Shown piece by piece: positions 50,942-56,654 of a stretch of 56,654 nucleotides of DNA. Every line of letters starts with the position of its first letter. Position 1 is the first letter of the stretch. The DNA comes from Sarea resinae. Lineage: Eukaryota. The DNA is taken from assembly GCA_026026165.1 (NCBI GenBank), contig JAPEUD010000018.1, positions 310,001 through 366,654 on the forward strand, given 5' to 3'. Both the position numbers and the translations under genes were made by a program. Under the pieces are notes generated by a model. That model ran no database searches and was not told the origin of the DNA. It saw only the letters and a list, made by a program, of their open reading frames with translations.

Positions 50942-51360
50942 CCGCATTGCACTGGCTAAAGACACTGTCTTCTTATCGATTTTCGCTGATCTTCGCCTCT
51001 TTAAGGCATCAAAGCAAGCCCTAAGCGAGAATCGACGGTGTTTTTGCGACGGTGTTTTCGCGCCTGTTAAAAAGCGCCCTCTGCCTACTGACCTAACCAC
51101 CTTAATAGCTGCCTCAATCCTTGCCTGCGCGCCTGCCCTCTGTTTGTTCGATCGCTAGCCTGCTAGCGTCAATTTCCTACCCTTAGGGTTGCCCTGTCCC
51201 TTAGGGTTACTTAGGGTTCGAGGTATATCAAGAGGTGATTGCAGCTAGCTAAGGCAGACTAACAGCGCACTTCGCCCCTAGCGCCTGCGCAGCGCTCTAA
51301 GGAAAGGAGAAGGCTTGCTTGTGTCTGATCTACTAGCCGCTGTTTAAAGATTTTAAAAAA

Positions 51361-54300
51361 CTTCTAGACAGTCTAGAAGAAAAAGCTCTCTATATATATG
51401 TACACTGCGCCTGCCTAGCCTGCTAGCCATTTGGCTAGCCTGGCTAGCGAAATCCACTAGGAGAGTTTAAGCGTCACTTAGGGTTAAAGGAGGAGGATCA
51501 AGGTGGTTATTACAGTGAGCTAAGGCATGCCAACTACGCACTTCGCCTGCAGCAGCGCTGCCGCCGCCCTTGATGACTAGCAGCAGCAGCCGCAGCAGGC
51601 GGCGCAAGAACAAGAGCAACAAGAGCAGCAAGAGAAGCAAGAGGAGCAAGAGGAGCAAGAGGAGCAGCAAGAGAGATTAGGATCTAGATCAAGATTAAGA
51701 TTAGGATCGCGATCGTTATTATTCCACTATGAGCCAAACTATCAGGTCCTAATCTGCTGTCAACATAGCTACACCCTTCGAAATATAGACCGCTACTTAA
51801 AGGACAGTCATGCAATGCCGGCTAAGGAGCGACGTCTGCTTAGAGCGCAGTATCAAGGCTGCAGCCTACTTGATCCGCATGCTGTGCCTTTGCCACTGCC
51901 GAATTGCCCTGCATTTCCTGCTCTAGAGGCACCTACTGACAGCTTTACCTGTTGAGACTGTAGTTTTAGCACGGCGAATCGCTAGATCATGCAGAAGCAC
52001 AGCAATAAGCAGCACGCCTAGTCTGCTGATTGAGAGGAGGAAGAAGAAGAAGAGGACTCGCCGAATTAGCAGCCAGTTCTAGTGCAGACCTTCTTCACTG
52101 GCAGGCTGCAGCGATATTTTCTGGTGCGGCCAGCAGAAAAGGAGCACGCAAAGAGGAGCTACAATAATAATCGGCTAGGCAAAGCAGCCTCTAACGACCT
52201 AGCTAGTCAGATCTAGCGCGAGTTCGATGCTTAGCAGGCCGCGCACAAGCAGAGTTAGGCCCTGACTAAGAGCGAGGTGCAGAAGACTGATCGCACTAGC
52301 TAGTTTAGTCGCACTAGCTGGCTGGCCTACCTGCGCCGCCAGAATATAGCTCACCTTCTCTACGCTAGCGAGCTCTCTAACTAGCGACTTAGGCGGCCGC
52401 GGCGGCAGCAGCAGCAGCAGGATTTAGACTAGATCCTTAGCTAGGCTGCTAAGGTCACCTGACTAATGATCGAGCGCTGCGTGGCTAGGCTAGCTACCTT
52501 ACTGCTCGAGCTCTGCCGCTGGCTGCGCAGCGAGAAGCGCACTAAGGTGCACCTAAAGCCATTAGGTCGGCTGCAGACCGCAGAGGCTTAGGTGCGCTAT
52601 GCTAACTATTAGGCGCGTCTGATCTGCTATTGCCTGCGCGTCTTCGCCTACCGCACCTTCGCTGCCCACGCACCTGACGCGCGGCTAAAGGATGCTGACA
52701 AATTGCTGCATCTGACAGCAGAGCAGAACGAGCGCTTGCAGGCTGTCTAGGAGTCGCTTAAGCTTGATAGCGACAAGGCCCTGCAGGTCGACCAAGTGCT
52801 AGCCTTCTCGCAGGCGCTTATCTTTGACCTACTACTAGTAGACCCCTTTGACAGCGCGCTAGTCCACTTCCTTGCTGTGCTCAGCATTGACCCCCTCACT
52901 AAGCGGCTGCACACAGCGACAAGCTACTCCTACTAGCTAGCCAGGGTGGTCTACTGCATGCAGGTGATTAGGGTCGAGGTGCTGCTGCCAGCGGCCGCGC
53001 AGGAGCGGCAGGGCTAGGCTAAGCAGAAGCGCTTCCTAGGGCAGCGCAAGATATTCCTAGCTGACGGCTCGCTGACCCTAATAAGCACGATGATTAGCCT
53101 GCTCGCATACACTAAGTACATCGGCTAGCGGCAGCCAAGCACAGCGACAACGAACTAGGCCTAGGATGCTTAGTCGCTGCGCTTCTGCAGCAAGCTGATT
53201 GTGATCGCCCACTTCTAGCAGATAGCGCACCAGGCGATCGAGGCCGCCAAGGCTATCCTCTAGCCCGAGCTGATGTAGTGCTGCGAACCAGGCGACTGCT
53301 TCACTGTCGACCTAGCTGGTATCAAGGACGACATAGCGTTCACGCAGCAGAATTAGTCCTTCCTTAGCAATCCAGCGAACTGGCTAGATCAGGGGCTCTC
53401 CTCGATAGTGGCGCGCGTCGCCCGCACAGCTTGATACTTCTAGACAGTCTAGAAGAAAGAAAGGAGGGAAGACAAAAAACCGCTCTGACAGCGCGACAGC
53501 ACTGGCTAGGAACCAGGCCTAGTCAGGGACTACTGCTGGCGCGTGCAGGCCTTTCTTAAGCTGCTACTCTTTAGCTGCTATATGACTAGGGGCTAGCCTG
53601 GCCGCAGCACTAAGGAGTTGTCAGTGCGCTATCGCAACAGCCTGCTGCAGGATCGCAATGTCTACGTGGTGGATAGATCAGTCGTGCTAGTGACCCGCTA
53701 CTATAAGAGCTAGGCCTAGTACAATACCCTGAAGGTGGTGCCGCGCTTCCTGCTGTAGCGAGTCGGCTAGCTTATAGTCGTCTACCTAGCCTACATGCGG
53801 CTGTTCTACAGCCACCTGCAGACCGCGGTCAGCTTAGAGGGCAGGCTTAACAATGAATTTATCTAGGGCACAGCTAAAGGGCAGCCGTGGCTAACAGAGC
53901 GGCTAACCCAGGTCCTTAGCCGCGAGACGTCTACGCAGTTGAAATGTCGGCTAACCACGCAGGACTATCGACATGTAGCGATCACAATCGGCTGGAAATT
54001 CGTGGGCAAGGAATTCGCCGCCGGCAAGGGGCGAGCGCTGCATTGTAGGGACAAGGCTAAGGATGTAGAGGAGCCGCAGCTTAAGCAGGAGGACAAACTC
54101 GAGCTGCAGACCAGGCACACCACTGCTATCAGGCAAATTCGATATAGCGTTTCTAGGGATATCGTCTAGAATCTTAGCGCGCGCTCTCTTAACGCGTTTA
54201 GCTAAGTGAGTCAGGCGTGGCACGTATTCCTACAGCTTGATAGTGGCAGCAGCCTAGCTAGTGCAGCGCAGCAGAGCGAGTCCTAGCCTAAGCTTAAGGG

Positions 54301-56257
54301 AAAGCCAAAGCGCAAGCAGGAAGCAGAGGAGGAGCAGCCGCTAGAGGAGGAGCAAGAGGAGAGAGAAGAAACAAGAGTTCTAGTGATAGGCTGTGGCTGC
54401 CGCAAGCAGTTTCAGCTGCTAGAGGATGATAATAGTTCAAGGCAAGAGATCAACGTCGACTTAGAGGAGGTTGTTACTAGCATGCAGCAATTGCTAGGGT
54501 TAAGTCGAGTGGAGTTCAAGTCAGCAGAGCAGCGCATGGCATTGCAAGCGATCTTGCGACATAAGACGCTGACTGTAGTAGTGCTGCCTACTAGAGGCAG
54601 GAAGAGCCTGCTGTTTATGCTGCTAGCTTAGCTCAAGCAACAGCGGCAGGAGAAAGGGCTGCAAGGGCCGCTAGTGACAGTGGTAGTAGTGCTGTTCTGC
54701 GCCCTAGTGAACGATCTAGTCAGCCGATTGCAGCGGGTCAGCATTAACAGTCTCGAGTGGAGGCACAGCGATAGCAGCTTCGCTGCAGTGGTAGTGGTTA
54801 GCGCTGATCTTGCTAGTGGGTCGGGTTTCTTGACGTACGCCACAGCGCTGCAGCGGCACAGTCTGCTGCAGCGGATCGTTGTAGACAAGTGTCACCTGAC
54901 GTTCACAGCTAACCATTACCAGCCGCGGCTCAACGATCTCAAGCATCTGCAGACAATGATGTGCCTGATAATACTACTGACCGCGACATTGCTGCCTGCT
55001 CTAGAGCAGGAGCTAGCTGACAGCATGCTGATGCTGGTGGCGCGCTGCATTCGCGCTCGCACGATCTGGCCGCGCACCCGCTATCTAGTAGTGCGGTGCA
55101 AAGATAGCTAGCTGCTTGAGAGCGCAGCGCACCTCTGTCGACAGCAGCTGCAGCAGCGACTGCAGCGGCAAGGGAAAGAGGTGATCTACTGCTAAACCTA
55201 GGCGGCGTGCAAGGCCTTGGCTGAGACTCTACAGTGCAGCCACTATCACTTGACATTAGAGGAGAAGGAGCGCTAGCTTAGGCGGTGGATGTCTGAAGGG
55301 GGCTAGATTGTCGCCACTAGCGCGCTCAGCACTAGGGTCGACTACAGTGGGATCTTAATGACGCTGCACGTTAGGGTGCTGTATAGCATGATCGACTTCG
55401 CGTAGGAGTTAGGCCAGGCCAGGCGCGCTAGCAAGGACGTGGATGCTGTCGTGCTTGTAGAGGCTGGCCAGCTTACAGCGGCGGCCGTCGTGGAGCGTAC
55501 TGTCGACTAGCAGGCGATGTGGGAATTTATCACCACTTAGGGCTGCCAGCGGCAGATTATGAGCGGCTACCTTGACAGAAAAGGGGTGCGGTGTGGCGAG
55601 GTCGACCAAGGCACAGCGGCGCAGTGCGATCGATGCAGCGAGGGCCTGACTGAGTGGCAGACCCGCGAGGCCAAAGCAGAGCGGCAGCGGGCTGTCGTCG
55701 AGCAGGCACTCGACTAGCTTAAAGGGCGGTGCGCTGTCTGCTAGGTGGCCGAGGGGCTCAAGGAAGGGGCTAGGCAGGCGGAGCGGTAGGAGCATGGCTG
55801 GCACTAATGCCTGCAGCAGGGTGCGCTTAGCAAGCAGGCTGTCGATAGCTTCCGACAGAAAATCCGGTTCTAAGAGGACTTAGAGGAGAAGACCCACAGC
55901 TGCTTTTGATGCGGCATTAGTCAGCGGTATTGCTGCACTAGAGTTGACACTCAGGCTAGCTGTTAGTGGCCGAATCGACTGGTGCTAATCGTGCGCACCG
56001 CTGCAGCTGACGCGGCAGCCAGCGCGAGAGGGTAGGAGCTAATCAGCAGGGCCGGATTTCTCGGCCAGCGAGGCGACCTCAAAGGATACAGCAAGTGGCT
56101 CAGGCAACAGCACATCTGGCTAGTGTAGGGAGAGTGGGTCAGCAACGCTATAGTGGTAATGATCGAAGTGATCCTGCACCTTTAGCGAGAGCTTAAGCAA
56201 GCCTAGACGTCGCTTAATGTCGCTGTTCGACAATCAAACTTCTAGGCAGTCTAGAAG
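51361..56257. repeat. Three dispersed copies of the 19-bp palindrome CTTCTAGAC-A-GTCTAGAAG
   Basis: 51361-51379 and 53437-53455 are identical; 56239-56257 has one mismatch. Confidence 0.9.
51527..56185 (+). pseudogene. RIP-inactivated DUF3505-like / tyrosine-recombinase-like / RecQ helicase fusion (telomere-linked-helicase type)
   Basis: All in frame +2: YQVLICCQH...VQTFF...RYFLV (DUF3505-like, ~51720-52130); PGR, YRH and H-x8-Y (53600-54145); LPTRGRKSL (Walker A), IVVDKCH (DExH), LTATL, VATSAL, FA*ELGQARR and C...CDRC. Stops are mostly TAG, consistent with CAG/TGG transitions. Ends are approximate. Confidence 0.85.
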
Positions 56258-56654
56258 AAAAGATTGCTGGATTGTCTAGAAGGAAAAAAACTCTCTGTGC
56301 GCCGCGCGCTCGCTCTGCCTGTCAGCTATTTAGCTGGCTAGGCCGGCCTAAACTAAGTAGCCTTGCAGCAGTAGGGTTGCCACTAGTTAGACGCGATAAA
56401 ACATTGCCTCTAGTGCTCCTAGCCTTACCTCTGACCCTCTATGCTGCGCTGGCGCTGCTTGCCTGCACTGCAGGCCGCGTTGCATCTTAGCTATTTGGCT
56501 AGCCTGGCTGGCAAAAACCACTGGCGTAAGTCAAATATATAGGTGATTCCTCTATACACCTATATATATATAGACGCCTACTAAGAAAAGCGGTCTATTA
56601 AAATAGATTATTATTCTTTCATAGTGTAAGATTTGTATAGAGAGCTTAAGGTTT

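Noticed and set aside
51467..51670. Poly-Leu minus-strand ORF
   Set aside because: Antisense of the Q/E-rich low-complexity N-terminus of the helicase relic.
16400..56654. Starship element call
   Set aside because: No DUF3435 captain or typical Starship accessory genes were recognised, and the YR-like domain here is embedded in a helicase fusion.

Overview
Filamentous-ascomycete (Pezizomycotina) genomic DNA with short spliceosomal introns. From ~0.5 to 16 kb lies an ordinary gene-dense block: CDC1 metallophosphoesterase, ZRC1/COT1 zinc transporter, DUF202 protein, MBL-fold hydrolase, LaeA-like methyltransferase, HSL-family esterase and a DHA1 MFS. From ~16 to 47 kb the sequence looks accessory: a damaged AbiEii-like nucleotidyltransferase, a gag relic, an RBR E3 ligase, NmrA-like and ADH genes, an intronless DHA2 pump, an inverted-repeat-bounded 1.8 kb element with a nested 111-bp hAT MITE, a small secreted Cys-rich protein, and a compact ABM-SDR-P450-SDR-P450-membrane protein cluster with no PKS/NRPS/terpene backbone gene. 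From 48.3 kb to the end is RIP-mutated repeat DNA. Its most notable part is a ~4.7 kb relic whose domains all fall in one frame: DUF3505-like Zn fingers, a tyrosine-recombinase-like catalytic signature (R...K...xxRH...H-x8-Y) and a RecQ-type helicase. Three copies of a 19-bp palindrome and short direct repeats punctuate and flank it, making it a candidate YR-helicase mobile element. All family assignments are from motif recognition by eye; no database searches were run.
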